64,000 nucleotides of DNA from Reclinomonas americana ATCC 50394. Lineage: Eukaryota. The stretch's first letter is position 1, and each line of letters begins with the position of its first letter. Below the pieces are notes generated by a model. The model saw only the letters and a list, made by a program, of their open reading frames with translations, made no database searches and was not told the origin of the DNA. The position numbers and the translations under genes were made by a program. Positions 1 to 11,594 of the stretch are shown here, in pieces. The DNA is taken from the NCBI GenBank assembly GCA_048213135.1, contig PS015186.1:1-64000 (forward strand), read 5' to 3'.

Positions 1-113
1 CACACAAGGAACCTGCTGCTGCCTCAAGGTTGGTGTCTGTGTTGATGTTTTGGATACGGTTGAACTTGGTCATCAAGACAGCTGTTGCTTGTTTGTTGGT
101 GAATGAATTGTTG
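1..113 (+). repeat. Dispersed ~110-bp repeat family A, copy 1 (may extend left of the window)
   Basis: Core ggatacggttgaacttggtcatcaagacagctgttgcttgtttgttggtgaatgaatt recurs at 5443-5504 (+), 47538-47655 (-) and 48197-48300 (-). Confidence 0.85.
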
Positions 114-271
114 TTGTTTGAAGCCCTCCATTCTTGAGCTCGATTATTCGAACATCGCAACGCTCAAAATACGGGAACCAATCAACAAACCCAAATCTGG
201 CAGATGCGAATCTCTTTGTTAGCTTTTGTTGTTTGTTTGTTGCTTGGAGAGCGGGAGAGAGGCCATCAATC

Positions 272-570
272 ATGCGGTTGCGACGCGCGTTTCTCTTTGT
301 CGTCGGTGAGCAAGCAACACACACACACACAGAGAATGAAAGAATATGAGACTCACACTCTTTCTCAACAGTACAACTCGCCACCTTTTTCATTGCCGGT
401 CTGCTCTTTGCGTGGCCACTGATTGTCGATGTGTGGCAACGAGAAGGCGATGAGTTGCGTTGGAGAGAGAGAGAGAGAGAAAGGAAGAACACACTCACAC
501 AGAGAGAGAATCATGACAAGTGCACTGCAACAGTCACTGCATAAACAGCGCACATCATGGCTCACTGAAG

Positions 571-637
<67 letters not shown>

Positions 638-694
638 CTCTCTCTCTCTCTCACTCNNNNNNNNNNNNNNNNNNNNNNNNNNNNNNNNACAGAC

Positions 695-762
<68 letters not shown>

Positions 763-3700
763 CTCTCTCTCTCTCTCACTCATGCGCTCATGCTCTCAGT
801 CGATCAATCACTCACTGTCACATTCTCGCTTTCAATCATTCTCTCACTCGGTCTCTCTTTGTCTCTCGCTCTCTTTCTCTTTCTCTTTCTCTTTTTGTCT
901 CTCTCTCTCTCTCTTCACTCTTCACTGTTCACGCCCATCATGCCTCGCATCTTCTGCAGTCATTTGCACAATCGACAGTTTGCGCACATCTCTTCTTTTT
1001 CTGCTTGTCTTGTCGTTCTTCTTGTTCTTGATCTTTTTCTGTTTCTTCTTCTTCTTCTTCTTCTCTTCCTCCTCCTCGTCCTCCTTCTCCTTCTCCTTCT
1101 CCTCCTCCTTCTCCTCCTCCTCCTCCTCCTCCTCTTCTTCTTCTTGTTCTTGTCCTTCCTCTTCTTGTCCTTCCTCTTCTCCTTCTTCCTCTTTTCCTTC
1201 TCCCTCTCCTTCTCCTCCTCGTCTTCCTCCTCCTCCTCCTCCTTCTTCTTCTTGTTCTTCTTCTTTGCCTGCCTCTTCTTCTTCTTCTTCTTCTTCTTCT
1301 TCTTCTTCTTGTTCTTCATGTTCTTATTGTTCATTTTGTTCTTATTGTTCCTCCTCCTCCTCCCTCTTCTTCTTCTTCTTCTTCTTCTTNNNNNNNNNNN
1401 NNNNNNNNNCTTCTTCTTCTTCTTCTTCTCCTTGTTCTTCTTCTTCCTCCTCCTCCTCCTCTTCTTTTTCTTCTCCTTCTTATTCTCTCTTTCTCACCCT
1501 CCCTTCCCTCTTCCTCTTCTTCTCCTCCTGTTCTTCTTTTCTTCTCTCCTCCTGTCTCCTCCTTCGCCTTCTCATTCACCCTTCTCCACCTTCATTCATC
1601 ACGTCACGCAGAGTCGACCTGAGCTTCCTGGGCATGACGTACGGAATCGCCGACTCGGTGCGTCGACTGGCGACGCTCGTGCTCGGCACGTTGCTGGACA
1701 AGTTTGGACCGCGGTTCACGTTGCGTGCGCCTCCTCCACCTGTCCGCACGCGTCGTGCTTGTCGCTCACGTGCTGCGTGCAGAATGGTGTACTGCGGATC
1801 GCTGTCGATCATTGGCTCGTTGTTCTTGTCGCAGCAGCGGTCGCAGATTGATGTGGTGCGTGTGGTGATCCAAGGGGAGCAGGAGCAGAGAGGATGGACA
1901 AGAGACAAGAAATTCGTGATGAGCAGAAAAGCTATAGAGAGAAGATGCTGTTGCACTTCCTCTAGTTGGGCACTCGAGAAATGGTATTCAGAGAAGGCGG
2001 GTGAGTCCTGAGGAATAGAGGAGAGAAGAGTACGGAGGATGCTGTCGAGTTCACGAGAACTGCGTTCACAAAAGACGGAAGGAGGGGGAGAAGAGATATT
2101 AGAGTTGAGATACATCATCATGCTTCTCCTCTTTCGATCGTTTCTCGACGAATGCGATGCCGAGTCTAGAGTTAAGCGAGCATGCCATTAGAATTCGTGT
2201 CCACTCCTTGTTCACTTCAACATTGTGCGACAATTCTCGTCCCTCTTTTTCGCACGAGTGCTCACCATGTTACTTGTCTCCCACTCAGCTTATCGGAGCC
2301 TGCTTGGTCGGCATCGGCGGCAATGCCATCGGCTACGGCGGTGAGCGTGCTCTCTCTCCTGTCTTCTCTCCTGCATCATATCAAACTGACACTTATTTTG
2401 CCTCTTCTTTCGCAGGATTCAAGGTTTATAATTCACTCATGTGCCCTTCCCCCCCTTCCCCTTCCCCTTAATCCACCCTTCCTCTTTATTCCCCCCTTCC
2501 CTTCCCCCACCAGATCGGCCGCCTCTTCCCCGGCCGCCAATCCACCATCATCAGCATCAACTCGGCGCTGTGGGAGGTGGCCTTCGTGGTCGGCCTCTTT
2601 TTCCGCGCCATCAATCAGGGTCTCGGACTGAGCATGCAGAGCATATTTATTCTGTACTCGCTGTGGACGGCAGTGCTGCTGGTGCTGCTGTGGATCGGGT
2701 GGACCATCAATCGCGCCGCCCTCATGGACCCCTCGCCGCTGGCGCCGAAACCGGCCGTGCCCGTTCTCGGCAGTCCCACGCGCAAGCCCTCCTCCCCGAA
2801 ATCACCGTCGCAGCCGCTCGTGCTCACCGACATGCGCCGCTCCGACGACAGCGGTGTCAAGCTGCTGCCGCGCGGCAACAAATCCTCCGACGACCTCAGC
2901 AGCAGCACCACCGCCAGCAGCGGCATGATGCGCGTCAGCACCGACAATGTCGGTCTGCTGCACGCCTCCACTGGCTCGCTCTCCAACTCGAACGCCTCGC
3001 TCGATTCGGCGGCCGCACCCGCGGCGGCGACTACTGCTGCGGCAGCGGCGGCGGCCGCCACCACCACCACCACGCCCACATCAGCGGCCAGTGGCTCGTC
3101 GTCACCTAACAACAACAGGAACGACAGTGTGGTGGCGACGATTGTGCCTCCCGTGTCGCCGGTGGCGTCGCCGGCTGCTGCGAATGCCGCCACGGTGGCC
3201 CGTGGTGGAGGAGAGAGTGATGGTGGCGGAGATGCGCAGGAGGGCGAGGAGTATGATGAGGAGCTGGCCGCTTTCGAGGCCGCCGATCTGGCCAAGGGCG
3301 CCGAGGTGCCGATCAAGACGCTGCCGGATCTGAAGCACCGCCTCACGTCGGAGTCGTGTCAGTTTGGTCTGTACACGCTGACGTCGTGGCGATTGCACAA
3401 GCCGCATTCGACGAGCGAGGTGAGGCTGAAAAGGAAGAGGGAGGGTGGGATGGGGGGAAGGGTAAAGGGATAAGCAGAGAACTACGAGAGCAGTGCGCGA
3501 ACAGAGTTGTCTGTCTGTGTTCCACAGATGACACTGCCGTGGTGGGCCTGTCTTGCTCTTTCTCCTCGTCACTGCCAGTGGGGGCTTTGGTGTATCACAT
3601 GACAGTTGCAGCGATAAAGAAGGAGAGACGTGCGGCAAGGGAAAGAGTGATGTGCACGCTGACCACCACACGCACAAGATAGAGAGAGAAGACAGAGAAC

Positions 3701-5963
3701 GAAGAGAGAAGCAAGAAGACAGAGAGGGATGGGAGAAGCGAGAATACAGAGTGTTTGTGAGAGAGAAGCGAGAAGGCAGAGATGGTAGGGAGAAACGAGA
3801 GACAGAGAGAGAGAGAGAGAGCAATGAGCTAGAGAGTAGAATTGAAGTTGAAAACAGCGGTGATGAGCAAGGGACGATAGGGCCAACAAAGGGCTTTCGA
3901 ACACTAAGAGGGACTTTTCTCTGCAATGTTGTTCATTTTGTTCCTTCTGCCTTCCCCAACTCACCGTTCATACTCTGCTTGTGCTGTGCTTCTCACACGG
4001 CGTGCTGCGTAACAGATGAAATCGCTCAAGCGTGGCCTCCTGTCGTGCGAGTTCTTCACGCTGGCCATTCTCGGTGCCTCGATGAATCTCTGCACGTCGT
4101 TCTACCTCGGCACGGTCAATGGCTTCCTCGAGTCGCTGACAGACAGCGCCACGGCCAAGGTACAAAACACTGCTGTCGTGTCACTCGATTGCCGTCGTGC
4201 TGCTCATCCATTGCTTGTCGTCAACGCAGACGTATGTGAGCGTCTTCTCGGTGGTCTACGTTGCGTTGCTCTTCCCACAACACTGCTGCCATGCGCGCCA
4301 CTCACTTTCCTTCCCCTCCGCCTCCACAGCCATTCACCGCCGCCACCGTCATTATCGGCGACATGGCTGTGAGATACTGGGGCATCTTTTGGGCCATGCT
4401 GCTGATGATGAGCACGGCTATGGTGCTGTGCATCTCGGCGGCCATGCCGGTGGTCGAGGTGCAAGTGATTTCCATGTTGATGATGGTGTTGCTGCGCGGG
4501 CAGGTGGGTCGAAAGGGGGAGAAGGGGGGAAGGGAGACGGGGGAAAGGAAAGAGTTGGCAAGTCAGTCTTTGTCTTCCTTGGTTTTGCGGCCTTTGCTTC
4601 TTTGTGCTTCTGAGTCCCCTCGTCGAATGGGATGATGTGGCAGAGCTTCAGAATATGTCGGCTCAGAGTAAGGTTCTGTGATTCTTTCAACCGACTGCTG
4701 CATCCTACGTTGGAGGGGAAATAGGATAGAGAGTTGCAGAAAGTTGTCGCCATTCTCACCTCTTCCCTTCCTTTGCGCAGTTTTCCGCTGGCATTGTTAT
4801 CCACTTTGCCGAACTGTTGCGTTGATCTCATCCCGTCAGTCGCACCACCCTCCTCCTCTCTAACATATTGCTCCAGGTACCCGCCAGCGCTCTTTGGTCG
4901 CATCATGGGCGCCTACAACGTTATCATGGCCATTGCCGCGCAGCTGCAAGTCGGTATGCATTGTTTACTCTCATCTGCTCTTCTCTCCGTCCGCCTCACT
5001 CTCACCTGCTCACACTTTTCTCACATTCCCTTCGCTCCCTCTCTCACTTGCACACTCTTTCGTTTTCCTCGCTTGCTCCCACTGTATCTCGTATTCCCCG
5101 CACCCACGCTTTTCAGTTTAGATTCCGCTCCCTCCGTTACTTTCGTTCCCCTTTAGTTCTCTCTGTCCTCTTTTTCTCCCTCTCTCAGTTCCTCATTCTT
5201 CGCTTGCTTTTCTTTCTTTCTCTTATTTGCTCACGCTCTTCGTCACCGTCTCATGCGCTATCGCTCCTCCCACTTTCCCTTCCGCTCCATTCCTCAGTTG
5301 CACAGTCTTTCGGGGTTTCTCAGCAGACTCTCTTCCCTTTCCTGAATCGCTCTCTCTCTCTCTCTCTCTCTTCCTTTGCTTTCTATTCTATCTCTCTCTC
5401 TCTCTCTCTCTCTTTCAGTTGCTCTTCACGTTTGATTTCCCCGGATACGGTTGAACTTGGTCATCAAGACAGCTATTGCTTGTTTGTTGGTGAATGAATT
5501 TGTTGTCTTCCCCCGCACTCATTCGCTCTCTCACTGTCGCCGTCTCCCGCTCTGTTTCATCATTCTCTTCTCCCTCCTTCCTGTGTCTCTCTCAATTCAC
5601 ACTTTTCGTTTTCCTCACCGACTCTCGCTGCAACCTTTCCCTCCTCCCTCTCTCGCTCCCTTTTTCTCTCTCCGTCTCTCAATTGCTCACATTCTTTCCA
5701 TCTCTCTCTCCCTCTCTCCCTTCCCCCCTCACCCTTTTCCAATTCTCGCAGGCCTCGTGTACGTCACCTACAACGTACTCAATCGCAACTTCACCGCCTC
5801 GTGGATCGTGCTCATGTGCATCGTGGCCATCAATTTCCCACTCGCCATCCGCCTGCGTCGCGTGTGCCCCGGGGTCAAAAAGCCCTCGGACATTTACCGC
5901 TTCATCCACGATCACGGTGTCAATGTGCACGACGTGCATCATCACATCACTGTTCACCTCTAG
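272..5963 (+). CDS. Multi-exon MFS transporter, SLC43/LAT3-like
   Basis: Spliced N-terminus MRLRRAFLFVV|VQLATFFIAGLLFAWPLIVDVWQREG; MFS motif-A-like GTLLDKFGPR (~1685-1715); YPPALFGRIMG (~4878); many hydrophobic exons; phase-compatible GT-AG introns; TAG at 5961-5963. Confidence 0.8.
5443..5504 (+). repeat. Repeat family A, partial copy in the last MFS intron
   Basis: Near-identical to about 52-112. Confidence 0.85.
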
Positions 5964-6020
5964 AAACAAAACAACACCACCAAATTAAAATATCTGTGTA
6001 TCGCGCACTCGCTCTCCTGT

Positions 6021-9000
6021 TTACAATCGGAATCTGCTGGCACATATTCTGTCGCCCTCCTCCAAGTACCTGTCAGACGGTGAGGTGAGGGGATGGGACA
6101 GCACTTGAACAGGCAACAGCAGAACGCAACTGCGCCTTGGTCACGGCATACGAGGCGAATTGCGACGATTGCGCAAACAGCGAGCCACCTCGCCAGGCCG
6201 AGAACGACGGCTGGGAGTTCGGCAGCACCGTCACGTCCACGTGGCTGGCAGAATCGCGCTGCAGCTCCAAGGTTCTGTGCGCCAGAGGGAATGAGCAAGT
6301 GGTGGAGAGGGACAGGGGGCGAGACGATGCGGCGCAACAATCTCTCCGCGAATCCCGGCATCTCGCTGCAGCCACCGACGCAGACGACGCTGGAAAGCAC
6401 AATCGGCTCGAGTTCGGCGGGCAACGAGCGCACTGATTCCATCACACACTCGGCGACGCCACACTGCGCCTTGCCGAGGACGTCTGCGGGGCAGAAGAGG
6501 ATCTCCGGCACGCAAAAGCGCTCGTTGCCGAGGGTGATGACGGTGCCGTCGTCGGCGGTGGCAGCAGCAGAGCTGCCACCAGGTGGTGCGTGCGTGTCGA
6601 CCTCCATGGCGGTGGAGGAGACAAGGGTGGTGGGTGGGATGGAGTCCTGTGCGATGGAAGAGTGAGAAGGGAAAGAGCAGCAGACAATACAGACAGACAG
6701 ACACGGACTCTCTGCCTCTCTCACTCTCGACCACACAGACAATGTAAAGACACACCACAGAATCGATCTCACGCACAAGCAAACTGATAATCACTGATAT
6801 CTCTCTGTGCTCCTTGCTCTCTCTGTGTTCCGTTCCCCTCGCAATGCTCCATCAATAATAAGAACAGGGAGAGTGTGCAAGAGGGGGAAAGTGAAGGTGC
6901 TCAATTCTTCCAACCTGTCAGCACAATCACTCTCTTGGCTTGTCCCTCACTCACAACAAGCTGACGTGGCCCTCCTTCTACCTTCCTCTCCAAACCCTTG
7001 AATAAAGACTCTCTGCCCCTCAACCCTTGCCCCATTTTCACCCTCCTTGAGTGACGGGAATTGGGGAGGGATCAATCACTACAACGGCACTCAGTTTCTC
7101 ACTCTCTTCTCCCTCTCTTCCCCCTCTCCCAGCCACGCAACTTTCACAAGCCCAAAGTGTCCGCTGCCGGGGCGGAACACGTAATCGCGCGCCAGCAGCT
7201 TGCGCGAGCGGCGAAGGCTCTCCAGATCGCGATCGAAGTCGGTCGACACGAAACACAGCTTCTCCTTCACGTCGTTGATGAGAATGGTTTCGTCCATGAC
7301 GTTGACCGAGCTGCGCGTCGCGTGTGAGAGAGAGAGGCGGAGGGAAACGGGAACGGACGGAATGTGCTCACCGGAACGTGAGCACCTCTTTCAGGTAGTT
7401 GGTCAGCAGCTTGCCGCCGACATTGATGCGACGAATGGCCGAGGCCACGGGAACGCCGTCGACAAAGGGTGTCACGGTGGTGGCCGAGAAGCCGCAGTCG
7501 ACCACCACGCCAGTGGACATGGTGCCTAAGGCGCTTTCGGGGAAGGCGCGGCTGGCGAATTCGTAGGAGAGGCCGGCGGCTGGTGAAGGGGAAAAGGAGG
7601 AGGGAGGGAGGGAGCAGAGAAGTGAGTGAGTGGGGAATGGGGGGAATGGGGGGAAGGGAGAGGGAGAGGGAGAGGGAGAGGGAGAGGGAGAGGGAGAGGG
7701 AGAGGGAGAGGGAGAGGGAGAGGAGAGGGAGAGGGAGAGGAGAGGGAGAGGGAGAGGGAAGAGAGAGAGAAGTAAGCAAGAAGAAGAAAGAAGAAGAAAG
7801 AAAGAAAATTAAAGTAAGAAAGGAAGAATATGTGTGCGTGTCCAGATTTCTCTTCTTCGATTTTTTCTCTCATGCATTATCTTTCTTTCATTTTTTCTTT
7901 CTTTCTTCTTCTTGCTTACTTCTCGCTCTCCCTCTCTCTCTCTCGCGAGAAAGGCGCGTCCTTTTGCAAGCGGCAAGAGAACGGCATCTAAAAGACAGGG
8001 AGACATCCCCCACTACTTCTGAAGTGCGAGCGACTGAGAACTGCAAGACAGACGAGAGACTGATGGGAGGGAAACCAGTTCGAATGAGTCTCTCTCTCTT
8101 CCCCTCACATGCTGGGCACGCAACTCGTCGCACGGGCGTACGATTTCCAGCCAAAGTATCTGTCGCACGGCGCATGAGAACAAGCGAATAAAACGAAGCG
8201 CCGTCTCCGTAGCGCAACTCAAACGCCATCTCATCCATGTCGTGCAGCAAGGTGGGCGGACATGCCACCGGCGAGGACACCAGCAGACAGCTCTCGCGAG
8301 GATTCGACTGTGCAAGGCGGTGAGGGGCAGGCGGGGATGGGATTGCTCTCAAGGCGAGACGCAACATTCATCACGCTGCTGCTAAAGATGCGCGACCAGA
8401 TGGCGCCCTCCACTTGAAAGTCGACGGGGAAGCCCTGAGGATCGGGAAGGAAATATTGTGCTGTTGAGGCAGACAACAAACACAAGCTCGCCCACTGCCA
8501 AGCAAACGCAACTCGCTCAAAAGGATACTTCAGCAGCAGCACCGACGAGTCGTCAACCTGGAAATAACACGAGTAAGTCTCAGAAACAGACGAAAGCTCG
8601 TCTCACATGCTCTCTGGCTCTTGTTCTGCGCGCGTGCTCATTTGCGTTGTATTTGATCCCTCTCTTCTGGCTTCTCTCGCTATTGCCACTCTCGTGCACT
8701 GCGTGTAAGGGAAGGCAAAGAACTAAAAAACGATTGCCAGAGTGAGAATGCCGTGAGTGAATTCATACAAAGTGAGCGATCAAAGAAAGGGGAGGAGAGG
8801 TGAAGCGAGGAGAGACAATGAGCGAAAGGCGCTGCAAGAGTGATAGCACACGAAGAGTGAATGCAATCCACGTGCTCCAGCCATGGAAACTGCAAGGGTG
8901 ACGGCACGTGTCTGTGTGACTACACCAATGCCAGCTGCAACTGCAGTCCCAGCACCACGTGCTCGAGTTACGCCAAGGGCACTTGCACGTGCGCTGCCAA

Positions 9001-9076
9001 TTACGAGAAAGGCACGAGAGAAGCGAGACGCAGGGAGTGATAAGTGCTTCCAATGTCTCTCAGCAATCATTGAATG

Positions 9077-9137
<61 letters not shown>

Positions 9138-9470
9138 GAGAGAACGCAAAAGAGAATGAGAATACTTTCTCTCTCTTCGTTCTCTCCCTTCCTCTCTGTC
9201 TCTCTCTACAACACTCATGGCATTCTCTGATTGCTATCTGTCTGCACTGCATTCTCTCTTCCCTCTCTCTCGCATTGCATTTTGCACCTTCTCTTGATGC
9301 ATTCACTCACTGCGTTCTCTCCCTTGTACTGTCTCTCTTGCAGCGCCTTTGTCTCTCTCTCTCTCTCTCCCTCTCTTCATTCTCTCGTGCTCATTATCTC
9401 CTCCTTCTCTCTTGCTCATTGATCTCTGTGACTGCATTCGCTCACTGCACATACACACACACACACTCTC

Positions 9471-9501
<31 letters not shown>

Positions 9502-9600
9502 GCCCTCCTCTCTCTCTCTCGTTCATTGCATTTTCATTGATCTCTCAGTGTATTCTTTCGATGCATTCACTCACTGTTCTTCGATGCATTCACTCACTGC

Positions 9601-9638
<38 letters not shown>

Positions 9639-9946
9639 TCTCTCTCTCCCCAATCTCTCTTTCTCTCTCTCTCTCTCTCTATCTCTCACTCTCACCTCCG
9701 TCCACTCATCAGCAACATACGTCAACCGACTATCCTTGCGATGGCGCGAAATAAAGTTGGGAATCACACTGCACAAACAAACAAAAGAAGAAGAAGAAAT
9801 GTGAGAAGAACGCACAAGACAACTTCTCTCTCACACAATGTGTGTGTGTGTGTGACTCACCGTGGCAACAACTGTGCATCGTCGCCTTCTGCTGCAAAGC
9901 CGCACTTGCACGTGGCACCTCCGTTGTCAATCACCAATGTCTTCAT
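6021..9946 (-). CDS. ARP6: Actin-related protein 6 (11 exons)
   Basis: MKTLVIDNGGATCKCGFA; YPFER|GFPVD; GVVVDCGFSATTVTPFVDG; RINVGGKLLTNYLKE; NVMDETILINDVKEKLCFVS; LGNERFCVPEILFCP; VGGCSEMPGFAERL; AWRGGS; ends YLEEGDRICASRFRL*. The MDET..IN.VKE motif is typical of ARP6. Confidence 0.9.
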
Positions 9947-10870
9947 TGTGTGAGTGTGAGAGAGTAAAGTCCTGCAGCATTGTGTTGTTTTGTTGTGTGA
10001 TGGGTTTGCGCGCAGTATGGCTTGCAGGCGAGTGATAAAGGTGAGAGTTATTCTGTGGGCTTGTTGCAGTTGAGTATGATGTGCATTTTTTTGTTGACGT
10101 CGACGTCGATGTCGACGTCTGGAAGTTTGTCGTGTTGCGTCCGTGCGAAGCCTTGTCGCGTGCGGTGTGTGACCGATGTGTCTTGTAGTGCACGCTGCAC
10201 TCTCCTTTGTGCTCCTGCTGTACAAGGTGGTTGTCGACGTCGAAGAATCACACGTTAATTTGCCGAGCTGGTTTGCCTCCCTGCAATCGTAAAAGCACAC
10301 TGATTCATACGAAGTGGGTGCATTGAAAAGAGCACCATGTCTTCTACTCAGTGGCACCTGTGGAGGCTCGCAGGAACGTCTCTGTCTCGAGTTTTTCGTG
10401 CCAATACCCGGGACCAGCATCAGCGCGTTCGCACCATGCCTCCACCGCGCCTCGTCACTTGCTCGCCTGCATACCTGCGCAGAGCCAAGCAGCAGCGCCT
10501 CCCCTCCTAGATGTCGCGATCGCCACTCAGCACTCATCCAGCGCAAAACCGAACCACGTGTTCGAAGATTGCACACACATACTCACTGTCGCGTTCCTCG
10601 TCACCGCCTCCCCCTGGTCGACGCGCAAGCATACACAGACACACACTATTCAGTGGCGCATGCTTTGACTCATGGCAAACACGAACAACACATGAAAACA
10701 TTGGCAAACAGATTCCTCGCTCCTCGCTCTCACTCTAGATCTCACCTTCCTTCTCGCACTCGCCCCTTGTCACATCACGCTCTCCTCTCTCCGGATCCTA
10801 TGCCGCACCCCGAAAGTGCACACCCCCGTGACCGCATTTTCGTTCAAAGCGACTCTTTTTGCGAGAAAGA

Positions 10871-11538
10871 ATGGGCCTCCTCCAACACCTCCGCGGCCTC
10901 TTCCTCGTCGCGCGTGGAGGCGCACACACGCCCGCGCACACCACTCGTCAAGTGCGCTGGGTGCTGCTGGCCATTGCGCTTCTCACGCTCACTGTGGTTG
11001 CGCTGTTGTGGTTCCGTCGCAACTCGTCTCCAGCGAGGACCGAGTGGGTAGTGGGCGCGGAGGAGGAGCAGGCAGAGGCGGGAAGGAAGAGGGGGAATAA
11101 GGCGCGCGAGTGGTTGCGGGAGAGGCGGAGGAGTGGGAGTCGGCGGAGGAAGAGGAGGGTGGTGAGGTGAGGGGGAGGGCAAGGGGGAGGGCAAGGGCAA
11201 GGGATGGAAGGGGAGGGAGGGAAGGGAAGGAGTGAGTAAGTGGGCAGAGGGAGTGTGTGTGTGTGTGAGTGAGTGAGTGAGTGAGTGAGTGAGTGAGTGA
11301 GTGAGTGATTGAGTGTGTGAGTGAGTGAGTGAGTGAGTGAGTGAGTGAGTGAGTGAGTGAGTGAGTGAGTGAGTGAGTGAGTGAGTGAGTGAGTGAATGA
11401 GTGAGAGAGTGAGTGAGTGAAGAGTGGGTGAGTGAGTGAGTGAGAGAGTGCGTGAGGGTTAGGCGACGATAGGTGCCGCCTAATGCAGTTGAAAGCGACG
11501 GCTAAAGCAATGACCGAGGCGTCCTTGATTGCACGCAG

Positions 11539-11594
<56 letters not shown>

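Noticed and set aside
520-1610. Long poly-Leu/Phe/Ser/His-Thr ORFs
   Set aside because: These are translations of intronic CA/CT/CTT microsatellites and N runs inside the MFS gene.
9950-10860. ORFs 9857-10576 (-) and 10314-11051 (+)
   Set aside because: No motifs and no clear ATG or splice support; more likely the divergent ARP6/fucosyltransferase promoter region.
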